From positions 1 through 21,275 of the forward strand of contig JAFGBX010000314.1 of NCBI GenBank assembly GCA_016932935.1: 21,275 nucleotides of DNA. The letters are read 5' to 3'. Source of the stretch: Promethearchaeota archaeon (lineage in GTDB: Archaea; Asgardarchaeota; Lokiarchaeia; Sigyniarchaeales; Sigyniarchaeaceae). The notes under the pieces are model-generated. The model was not told where the DNA came from and ran no database searches. It saw nothing but the letters and a program-made list of their open reading frames with translations. A program made the position numbers and the translations under genes. Below, piece by piece: positions 8,104 through 15,665 of this stretch (the stretch's first letter is position 1; every line of letters starts with the position of its first letter).

Positions 8104-9573
8104 TCATTTACGCCACGTGTAGATGCATTTCCTGACCTCGGCCTTGCCGTACGCCCCCATCTGCTGGCTGCTGTTTCCCTTCCCGACTGGCAGCGTGGAG
8201 ATGGACTCCGTCTGGAGGCCCGCCGCGATGGCGATGTCGGAGAGGATGATGTCAACGGGGATGACGATGCCCGCGAACCGGACGTTGTCGTTGACGTAGT
8301 AGGCCCTCCCTCCCGCCTTGAGGACGCGGGCTAGCTCGAAGATGACGAACGCGTGCTCGAAGAAGTAGTTCTTGATGAGCCGGTACACGTTCGGGTTGTT
8401 CAACCGGTTGGCATCCTTGAGCTTCTCGAAGTGGTCGTGGATGGCGGCGACGATCTCGTGGCCATCGTGCACGGCCTTGACCCTGGAGAAGAACGAAGCC
8501 CTCCCCTGGCCGGCGTAGAGGTCCTCGAGGTAGGCGACCTTCTCGCGGTTCTCCACCGTGCATGAGAGCAAGGACTGCCGCAGCCGCTTGAGCCCGGCAT
8601 CGTCGACACCCAGGTAGGCGAGCTCAAGCGGGTAGACCCGCGTGTAGTCGTACCGGTTCAAGTAGGGCGGGGACGAGATGACGAGGTCGATCGAGCCGTC
8701 GGGGACGGCGCTGAAGAGCTCGAAGGCGGTTCCCTGACGGAGGTCTACGCTGCCCCTCCGTTCCGTGGCTGGTCGGGCCTGCCCGGCGTTGATGTCCTCT
8801 GACATCACGTCGAGCTGGGCAGCCAGGGCTTCCTCGAAGGGGCGGATCCTGGTCTTCGAGTAAACGACGCGGGCCTTGCCGGATTGGGAGTCCCAGCGGA
8901 GGAATTGGCCACATTTCTCCGTGTAGCTCACTTTTTCCAGGATGGAAAGACCGGCGAGGTGTAGCACGTCGCGCAATCCCTTGTCGCCGATTCGGTTCTC
9001 CACGTGATGCCGGAACGCGCTTATCTTGCGCTCGACGCCCGGCGGGAACGCCATCTCGGAGATGCGGACGTGTTTGAAGGCGGTCTCGTCTTCGGCAGGC
9101 GAGGTCGAGAAGTCGGTGGCGTTGATCTCCCGCACCGCCTCGTCGAAGCTGGCCGGCTGGATCTGCTCGGCGGCGAGCCAGGCCCTGGCCACGAAGGGGC
9201 CTATGGGCAAGAGCTCGAAACCGACCGCGTCGAGGCCGCGTTCCCGCGCCGAGAAGAGGGTCGTGGCGATGCCTGCGAAGGGGTCGAGGACGGTTCCGGT
9301 ATCGATCCCCGATTCTTCGATCAGTCGATCGACGAGCTTGGTCGAGAACCCCTCCTGGTAGCGAAACCAGCGGTAGAACGGGGCATCCTTGTTAGCTTGA
9401 TAGCTTACCACATTGCGGCTGAGCTGCGGATCGACGCGGATCAGCGGCCGGTATCGCCGCTCCGCTCGCTCGAGTAACACGCCGAGGCCGCCTTTCTCCG
9501 CTGGCGCGCCCTGGCCGGGGGTCTTCGTCGAGGCCATGGGTTCGACCGACGCTCCTTCGGCTTGGTAATACAT
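8104..9573 (-). CDS. N6-adenine or N4-cytosine DNA methyltransferase (SPPY catalytic motif), solitary
   Basis: AdoMet motif I region is FRYQEGFSTKLVDRLIEESGIDTGTVLDPFAGIATT. About 190 aa later comes catalytic motif IV DLVISSPPY, then LKAGGRAYYVNDN. The order I...IV with a long spacer suggests an alpha-like permutation. ATG 9537 is an alternative start. Confidence 0.8.
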   Translation of the reverse strand: MYYQAEGASVEPMASTKTPGQGAPAEKGGLGVLLERAERRYRPLIRVDPQLSRNVVSYQANKDAPFYRWFRYQEGFSTKLVDRLIEESGIDTGTVLDPFAGIATTLFSARERGLDAVGFELLPIGPFVARAWLAAEQIQPASFDEAVREINATDFSTSPAEDETAFKHVRISEMAFPPGVERKISAFRHHVENRIGDKGLRDVLHLAGLSILEKVSYTEKCGQFLRWDSQSGKARVVYSKTRIRPFEEALAAQLDVMSEDINAGQARPATERRGSVDLRQGTAFELFSAVPDGSIDLVISSPPYLNRYDYTRVYPLELAYLGVDDAGLKRLRQSLLSCTVENREKVAYLEDLYAGQGRASFFSRVKAVHDGHEIVAAIHDHFEKLKDANRLNNPNVYRLIKNYFFEHAFVIFELARVLKAGGRAYYVNDNVRFAGIVIPVDIILSDIAIAAGLQTESISTLPVGKGNSSQQMGAYGKAEVRKCIYTWRK

Positions 9574-9750
9574 GTTATGCCATAAACTTAAACTGCGGTG
9601 ATGGAAATTCCTCGCTCGATGCCCCGCCGACCCGGATCCCGCCAGGGCGATAACCGATCGGTGCGCCCCGTGAGATTTCCGTCATCGTGGCATCCCCCGA
9701 TCTAAGCAGAATTAAGAACTCCCCGAACTAGTATATTTCTACAAGGGCAC

Positions 9751-10920
9751 TTGTGTAGAACAAGGCTTTTCACCGGCCGAAGGTGTGTCTGTATCAAATT
9801 GATTTTCACGCTTCCCGTGCATAACGAGGAGACGACGCTGGCTAGCACGGTGGCCATCGTACACGAGTACCTCATGGCCAAGTGTCCGATCGACTTCACC
9901 ATCTTGATCGCCGAGGACGGTTCCACGGACAGGACCAAGGACATCGCCCGCGACCTGCAGCGCCGCTTCTCGCACGTCGAGGTGATCACCGAGCCGAAGA
10001 CGCTCGGGCGTGGCCTGGCCCTCAGGCAGGCATGGGCCCAGTACTCGGACGGCGACTTCTATGCGTTCATCGACGCGGACATGGCCGTCCCGATCAAGTA
10101 CTTCTCCCGGCTCCTCCACGGCGTCCTGGAGGAGGGCTACGACTGCGTCATCGGTTCACGGTACGTGAAGGGGTCAGTCGTCGAGAGGCCACGCCTCCGG
10201 CAGATGGTCTCGAAGGCGTACAACTCGCTCCTCGGCTTCTTCTACGCGAGCGACGCGAAGGATCACCAATGCGGCTTCCGCATCTTCAGCAAGGCCATGA
10301 CCGGCGCCATCCTGCGGCATTGCACGTCCGACTCGTGGTTCCTTGACACCGAGTGCCTGGTCATGTTCCAGCGCCGGTTCAAGGTCAAGGAGATCCCGGT
10401 CGAGTGGAACGAGCACCGGACGCGGAAGACCGACCTCAGGCGCTTGTTCAAGGACTTCAAGCGGCACGGCGTCGGGCTGTTCAACCTGGGCAGGTACATG
10501 CTGCGCGTCGACCCGCTCTTCATGTTCGGTTCCGACCTCATGAAGAAACTGCTGAAGTTTTCCGTCGTCGGCTTTGGCAGCTTTGTATTCGTGCTCTTCT
10601 GGACGTTCATCTTCTCGCTCTTCACGAGCGACCAGGTGATCCTCGCAATTGTCAATTCAGTCGCGTTCTTCGTCGCCATGACGTTCCAGTTCAAGCTGAA
10701 CAAGAAATGGACGTTCCACGACAAGAGCAAGAAGGTGAAGAAGCAGTTCAGCTTCGACGTCACGCTCCGCCTCGTCGGTTGGGCGATCTACGAGCTGGTC
10801 TACCTCTTCCTCGCCAGCTTTGGTATGGGGTACATCTTTTCCACCATCGGCGGGGCGGCGGTCTCCGTCCTGTTCAACTTCGTCTGCAACCGCTACATCG
10901 TGTTCTCGAGGCGGATCTGA
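9751..10920 (+). CDS. GT2 glycosyltransferase (polyprenyl/dolichyl-phosphate sugar synthase-like) fused to a C-terminal GtrA-like 4-TM domain
   Basis: FTLPVHNEE, IAEDGSTDRT and FIDADM (DxD) are typical GT-A/GT2 motifs. The C-terminus (LLKFSVVGFGSFVFVLFW ... FNFVCNRYIVFSRR) matches the GtrA family pattern. There is no in-frame ATG near the 5' end. Candidate starts are TTG 9751 or TTG 9799, and TATA-like tatattt at 9732-9738 favours the downstream one. Confidence 0.8.
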   Translation: MCRTRLFTGRRCVCIKLIFTLPVHNEETTLASTVAIVHEYLMAKCPIDFTILIAEDGSTDRTKDIARDLQRRFSHVEVITEPKTLGRGLALRQAWAQYSDGDFYAFIDADMAVPIKYFSRLLHGVLEEGYDCVIGSRYVKGSVVERPRLRQMVSKAYNSLLGFFYASDAKDHQCGFRIFSKAMTGAILRHCTSDSWFLDTECLVMFQRRFKVKEIPVEWNEHRTRKTDLRRLFKDFKRHGVGLFNLGRYMLRVDPLFMFGSDLMKKLLKFSVVGFGSFVFVLFWTFIFSLFTSDQVILAIVNSVAFFVAMTFQFKLNKKWTFHDKSKKVKKQFSFDVTLRLVGWAIYELVYLFLASFGMGYIFSTIGGAAVSVLFNFVCNRYIVFSRRI

Positions 10921-10963
10921 CGGCAACGGGTTATCTCGACAGCGATGCGTCCTCCCAAGCCGC

Positions 10964-11701
10964 TCATTCCCTGGTGCCGACTGCATACGCGCTGACCCCG
11001 AACGGCGCGTTGAGCCCCGATCCGATGAGCTGGTTCTCCATCCGCAACACCCTGATCAAGAAGGCGTTGAGCCTCTGGTTGATTTCCAGGAGGTTGTCCT
11101 TCTTGGGTTCGTTCCGCCTCCAAAATGCTAGGGATTGTGCCACCTTCATGGCGACGGACGGGAGGAACATGGAGAAGTTCCAGTAGCCCGCTTGCAACAC
11201 CTTGAACCCGTTCCTGGCCAGCCTCGCCGCGAGCTCTCCCTTCCGGTACCGGCGCTGGTGGAGGTTGGCGTCGTCGTGAGCCGTCCACAAGAACGAGAAC
11301 GCCGGGACGAACGCCACTAGCTTGCCCCCCGGCCTGAGCACGCGGTGCCACTCGCCCAGCGCCGCGTCCTCGTCCTTGATGTGCTCGAGGACGTCGGAGG
11401 CGATGGCCACGTCGAAGGAGCCCGTGGCCTCCCCGATCCTCGTCGCGTCGCACACGTAGGTCGAGTCGATCCCTCGATCGTGGCACAAGCGCACCGCGAC
11501 CTCGCTGATGTCGAACCCCCTGACCGATCGGCAGCCCCTTCCCATAAAGTCACGCATCAGCGCGCCGCCCGAGCACCCGATGTCGAGCACCTTCTTGCGG
11601 CTGACGTCCCCCACGAGGTTCACGATGATGTCCCTCCTGGCAACGAACCAGTAGTATTTCTCCTCGAGCAGGTGGTACTTCCTCTCGAATTCCTTCTTCA
11701 T
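10964..11701 (-). CDS. Class I SAM-dependent methyltransferase (Methyltransf_11/23-like, of the type common in glycan clusters)
   Basis: Motif I VLDIGCSGGALM, acidic post-I residue in GFDIS, motif II DVAIASDVLEH, and LRPGGKLV. GGTGA lies 9 nt upstream of the ATG. Confidence 0.8.
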   Translation of the reverse strand: MKKEFERKYHLLEEKYYWFVARRDIIVNLVGDVSRKKVLDIGCSGGALMRDFMGRGCRSVRGFDISEVAVRLCHDRGIDSTYVCDATRIGEATGSFDVAIASDVLEHIKDEDAALGEWHRVLRPGGKLVAFVPAFSFLWTAHDDANLHQRRYRKGELAARLARNGFKVLQAGYWNFSMFLPSVAMKVAQSLAFWRRNEPKKDNLLEINQRLNAFLIRVLRMENQLIGSGLNAPFGVSAYAVGTRE

Positions 11702-11782
11702 GGGGCCGGTTCACCGACGTGCGTTCCGTGGTGGTTGGTTTCGTTTCGTTCCTTATCACCTTTCTCCTCGTCCCGGCCCAGG

Positions 11783-12976
11783 TCAGGGATGCCCCGCGGC
11801 GGCCGCTGGCAGCTCCTGGCCGGCGGTAGGGGCCAAGATGGGATCCGGGGGCGATGCCCGCAGCTTCTCGAGCATGTAGAGCGAGAGGAAGAAGACCGAG
11901 CTCAAGGGGATGACGAAGATCGTGCTGACGAGGGCCACCAGGACGAACTTCGCGCGCGCGTACCGTTTATTGTACTTGATCGCCCACGCCACGATGATGA
12001 AGTAGAAGATCCCGTGATGCTGTCCGTAGAACTCGGGCGAGACCAGCATGGTGACGAAGGCGCCGGCGATGTAGAAGTCCTGGCCGTCGAGGCACCGCTT
12101 CCTCCAGAGCACCACGAACGCCCCGTAGCCGACCGCCGCGACGACCACGAGGGCGGCGAGGGGCGATAAAGGGGCGTACAAGGCGAGGAACTTGGTGAGG
12201 CTTCCCGCGAACGCGATCGAGTTGTTGTAGTCGACGATCGCGCTCGTGTTGGCCCTGACGAGCGACGAGATCAGGTGGGGGTAGGCGAGGAGCATGGCGA
12301 CCGAGGGCACGAGGGGCAGCACCATGAAGAACAGCCGCCGGATCAGCTTCCCGATCTTGAACCTCCCTTGGAGGAGCACGATGGGGATCATGAAGATCGT
12401 GATGTGCTTGAACATGACCGAGAGGCCGAGGAAGAAGAACTGCAGCTTCTCGTTACCAACGAGCATCCCGTAGAACGACAGGACCACGCACAGGCCCGCG
12501 GCGACGTTAAACTGGCTGTAGACGTGGTCGGCGCCCTGGGCGGTCATGACCAGGCCCAACGACGCGAGGAGGAGCGCCATCGTCGCGTCGTGGCCCATGA
12601 GGCGGTAGTTCCTCCGGGCGACGACGAAGCTGGCCAGGCTCGTCGCGAGAACCGAGAGGCTGAACGCGAAGATCTTGGCGAGCAAGTCGCCCGGCAGGAA
12701 GTAGAAGGCCATGAGGAGGTACACGAGCTGCGGGGGGTTCTTGAACGGGCAGAGGACGTTGTCGTAGAGGCTGTTCGGGTCGTTGAGCCAGCTGTCCACT
12801 GCCGGCAGCCACGTCCACCGGAGATCCCCGTGAAGGGCCGGGTTGAAGAACAAGTGGTACACTATGGCGATGGTGATGAAGACAGCGTTGCACGCGATGG
12901 CGAGGACGAAGAGGCGGCGCGCGTTGCGCCCGGCAGCGTCGACGATCCGCTGTTGCCTTGTTGCCACGCGGTGCAC
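11783..12976 (-). CDS. Polytopic membrane protein, second GT-C/DUF2029-like glycosyltransferase candidate
   Basis: About 10 hydrophobic spans; FKNPPQLVYLLMAFYF resembles the DUF2029 YPP-type loop. The track ORF (to 13492) overlaps the actin gene out of frame and is R/P/S-rich there. There is no ATG, so the start is assigned to GTG 12976 (or GTG 12967), downstream of the actin stop. Confidence 0.6.
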   Translation of the reverse strand: MHRVATRQQRIVDAAGRNARRLFVLAIACNAVFITIAIVYHLFFNPALHGDLRWTWLPAVDSWLNDPNSLYDNVLCPFKNPPQLVYLLMAFYFLPGDLLAKIFAFSLSVLATSLASFVVARRNYRLMGHDATMALLLASLGLVMTAQGADHVYSQFNVAAGLCVVLSFYGMLVGNEKLQFFFLGLSVMFKHITIFMIPIVLLQGRFKIGKLIRRLFFMVLPLVPSVAMLLAYPHLISSLVRANTSAIVDYNNSIAFAGSLTKFLALYAPLSPLAALVVVAAVGYGAFVVLWRKRCLDGQDFYIAGAFVTMLVSPEFYGQHHGIFYFIIVAWAIKYNKRYARAKFVLVALVSTIFVIPLSSVFFLSLYMLEKLRASPPDPILAPTAGQELPAAAAGHP

Positions 12977-13064
12977 CTTTGTCGCAGCTCGGGATCCGGC
13001 TGCTGATCCAATGCGGCCTCCTTGCGATTTATCGTTTTTCCCCACGGCCGTTGCCCTGCCGTCG

Positions 13065-14204
13065 CTAGCCTCCGGGGATGCCGACCCGGTATCGCTGCAG
13101 GGCCGGGGATGAGAACAGCATGGAGCCCCCGATCCACGAGGAATACTGCCGGCTCTGGCCGCGCGGCTCTGGCGAGAGCACCTTGACGGGGGTCGTGGCG
13201 CGGCCTTGCAGCACCTTTTCCAGCCTCGTCCCGAGGCCAGGGAACAGGCTCGTGCCGCCCGCGAGCACGATGCTCCTCCACAAGGCCGGTCGTACGTCGC
13301 CCGGGCACCCGGCGATGGCGGCGCGTACCAGCGCGTCGATGGGTGGTGCCTGCTTCCCCGCGATGGCGGGATCGAAGAGCAACTCGGGTCCCATGAACCG
13401 GAGGCTGCCCACGGGCAGCTCGCGGCCGTCGGGCATCGCGTACCCTTGTTCCGCGGCTGATTCGGCGCCGGCGGCGGGATCCGCCGCGACATAGCACATC
13501 TGTTCCTTGATGTCCTCCGCGAGGATCAGGCCCTCCGGCGGCCACGGGCGTTCCCCCTCCGGGAGGCGCGTGAACGCGTGCTGGGCAATGTACTGCGTGA
13601 CGTCACGGCCACCCAGGGGAAAGAGCTGGATTGCGGGCCGGACCATGTCGCCATCGACCACGGGCACGACCCAGCCGGTCGTGTCCCCGAGGTCGACCAC
13701 GACGCCCGTCTCCATGCCGGACGCGCGCAACGCCAGCTCCGGCTGCGGGGCCATGTATATCTCCGAGGCGCGCACCTTGTCGCGCATGAACCTCGCCATC
13801 GCGTCGATGTCGCCTTGCTGGGCGGCGGGGGAGCACGTGATGAGGACGGGGCGACTGGCCGGGTCGACGCGCAAGCCGGCGATGAAGAAGTATCTCACGA
13901 CCTTGTCCATCACGTCCCAATCCTTCACGACGCCTCGCTCGCAGAGGTGCTGGATGTTGAGGAACGCCCGCTCCATCGTGATCTCGTACCCGACCGCGTA
14001 CCCGCGCTCGTAGATCTCGTAGTGGTGCCGTTCGACGTCGCTCGGAAACTCGGGCTCGTGCTTGAAATGCCCGACGGCCGCTGGGAGATCGGGGAGGCGC
14101 GGGTAGTCCTCCCCAGCGAAGCCTATCTTGATGGTCGTCGACCCGATGTCGATGACGACAGGCACGGGCTCCGAGTAGGGATCCCGTTGCTGCCCCGATG
14201 TCAC
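13065..14204 (-). CDS. Actin-family protein (eukaryotic actin/crenactin-like)
   Basis: Phosphate-1: VVIDIGSTTIKIGFAGEDYP (cf. actin CDNGSGxxKAGFAGDDAP). ERGVVKDWDVMDKVVRYFF..LRVDPASRPVLITCSP (cf. [38 protein letters not shown]). Phosphate-2: VVVDLGDTTGWVVPVVDG (cf. VxDSGDGVTHxVPIYEG). LGGRDVTQYI (cf. LAGRDLTDYL). Adenosine motif: IVLAGGTSLFPGLGTRLEK (cf. [20 protein letters not shown]). SSWIGGSMLFS (cf. SVWIGGSILAS). GTG 14204 lies 9 nt after AAGGAG (14220-14214); the ORF-maximal TTG at 14213 abuts the SD directly. Confidence 0.85.
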   Translation of the reverse strand: MTSGQQRDPYSEPVPVVIDIGSTTIKIGFAGEDYPRLPDLPAAVGHFKHEPEFPSDVERHHYEIYERGYAVGYEITMERAFLNIQHLCERGVVKDWDVMDKVVRYFFIAGLRVDPASRPVLITCSPAAQQGDIDAMARFMRDKVRASEIYMAPQPELALRASGMETGVVVDLGDTTGWVVPVVDGDMVRPAIQLFPLGGRDVTQYIAQHAFTRLPEGERPWPPEGLILAEDIKEQMCYVAADPAAGAESAAEQGYAMPDGRELPVGSLRFMGPELLFDPAIAGKQAPPIDALVRAAIAGCPGDVRPALWRSIVLAGGTSLFPGLGTRLEKVLQGRATTPVKVLSPEPRGQSRQYSSWIGGSMLFSSPALQRYRVGIPGG

Positions 14205-14294
14205 GAGCCGCAACTCCTTCGCAGATCGGTCTCAGATTTCAGGTCCATCACGGGCTCCTCGTGATCTGTCGTTTTTCACGAGTGGTAAAAAAAC

Positions 14295-14302
14295 ATATAT
14301 AA
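14295..14302 (+). promoter_or_regulatory. TATA box (atatataa) in the actin/serpin divergent intergenic region; may act in both directions
   Basis: It sits in an A-rich context (ggtaaaaaaacatatataacgg), ends 29 nt upstream of the serpin ATG 14332, and is near-palindromic. Confidence 0.45.
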
Positions 14303-14331
14303 CGGTCAGAAAATACAATCAACGGTTTTAT

Positions 14332-15633
14332 ATGAAACCGGGCAGACCGCGGCTAATGAGAGAAGCCTTGGTGTTTGTATACCTCGTGGCAATTTCAGTT
14401 ACAATTTCTGTTCCCTCCTTGATGATGACATTCGTGACCCAACCGGCACCAACCCATTCCCACTTTCCAGATGTTGAGCGTGTGGATGAAACAGAACATC
14501 GCCGGGCTGATGATTCGCTTGCGAACCTTGAAATGATGCAAGTCGTTGCGAATTCGAGCAATTTGTTCGGGATCGATCTCTTTCACGAGCTGTGGGACGG
14601 GGCATCGAACGTCATCTTCTCCCCGTGGAGCATCACTTCGGCAATGCTCGTGCTGCACGAAGGGGCGAGGGGCCAAACCCGGGAGGAAATCGCGAACGTG
14701 TTCCATGTTGGCAGCCTGGACGCTTGGCGCCCAAATTACGCGGGCATTTACAACCGGTTGAGTGACGCAACTGCGTGTAGGGTTAACACGGCCAATGCGT
14801 TCTGGCATGATTTGAGTAATACGCCTGCCGCGGAGTTTATCGAACCGATCAACAAGTATTATTGTGGCGAAGTTCGTGCCGTTGATTTCATGAACCACCC
14901 GGATACTGCATGCAACGATATCAATGAATGGGTTGCGTCCAAGACTGAGAACATGATCGATGGGCTCCTGGATCCAGCAAGTATCTCTCCTGAGACTCGT
15001 TTCACCATCACCAACGCTCTCTACTTTGCCGGGGCATGGGAAACTCAATTTGACCCGAAGAGAACGTACAATGCCACGTTCCACGGGATCGAAGGAAACG
15101 CGACTGTTCCCTTCATGCGACATTCTGGAGGTGCGCTCTTGAACTACATGAGGAACGACATCCTAGAGATGGTCGGAATACCATACGAGGGTAACCAGCT
15201 GGACTTGCTCGTCCTGATCCCGGAGGTAGGATTTGATGCATTCTTGCCAATTCTCTCACTAGATAACATTTATTCTTGGGAGACACAAATGACGGAAGAT
15301 GCATTAGACATCAGATTACCCTCCTTCTCCCTCGATGTAAAATCGGACCTGGCGGGAATTCTTTCCCAGATGGGAATGCCCGTAGCATTTCAACCGGGTG
15401 CTGCCGATCTCTCGGGCATAGATGGTACCCGTGGTGATTTTATCTCCAGCGTGATGCACGGTGCCGCGATCGTTGTGGACGAGGTGGGCACGAAGGCTGC
15501 AGCAGCGACGGCAGGTACAACGACGTGTTATTGCACGATCCCACAGATCGTTGTAGACCATCCATTCATCTTTCTCATCCAGGAACGAACGACCGGCTTG
15601 ATCTTGTTCCTCGGAACGGTCTTAAACGTATAG
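14332..15633 (+). CDS. Serpin (serine protease inhibitor) with an N-terminal signal/membrane anchor
   Basis: FSPWSITSAMLVLHEGARGQTREEI, INEWVASKTENMIDGLL and NALYFAGAWETQFDP. Hinge and reactive-centre loop: DEVGTKAAAATAGTTTCYCTIPQ. C-terminal signature: VVDHPFIFLIQERTTGLILFLGTVLNV. The N-terminal hydrophobic segment is ALVFVYLVAISVTISVPSLMMTFV. Third-codon positions are mixed, unlike the flanking genes. Confidence 0.9.
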   Translation: MKPGRPRLMREALVFVYLVAISVTISVPSLMMTFVTQPAPTHSHFPDVERVDETEHRRADDSLANLEMMQVVANSSNLFGIDLFHELWDGASNVIFSPWSITSAMLVLHEGARGQTREEIANVFHVGSLDAWRPNYAGIYNRLSDATACRVNTANAFWHDLSNTPAAEFIEPINKYYCGEVRAVDFMNHPDTACNDINEWVASKTENMIDGLLDPASISPETRFTITNALYFAGAWETQFDPKRTYNATFHGIEGNATVPFMRHSGGALLNYMRNDILEMVGIPYEGNQLDLLVLIPEVGFDAFLPILSLDNIYSWETQMTEDALDIRLPSFSLDVKSDLAGILSQMGMPVAFQPGAADLSGIDGTRGDFISSVMHGAAIVVDEVGTKAAAATAGTTTCYCTIPQIVVDHPFIFLIQERTTGLILFLGTVLNV

Positions 15634-15665
15634 AAGGTTGAGGAATTGAACCGTTCCGAAAGGCG

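Noticed and set aside
7990-9750. Restriction endonuclease partner for the DNA methyltransferase
   Set aside because: Both flanks are occupied by a transporter and a GT2 gene with clear signatures, and no unassigned ORF of suitable size remains.
11783-13492. 569-aa ORF read as a single protein
   Set aside because: The upstream ~170 codons are R/P/S/A-rich and overlap the actin gene in another frame. The credible start is GTG 12976/12967, downstream of the actin stop.
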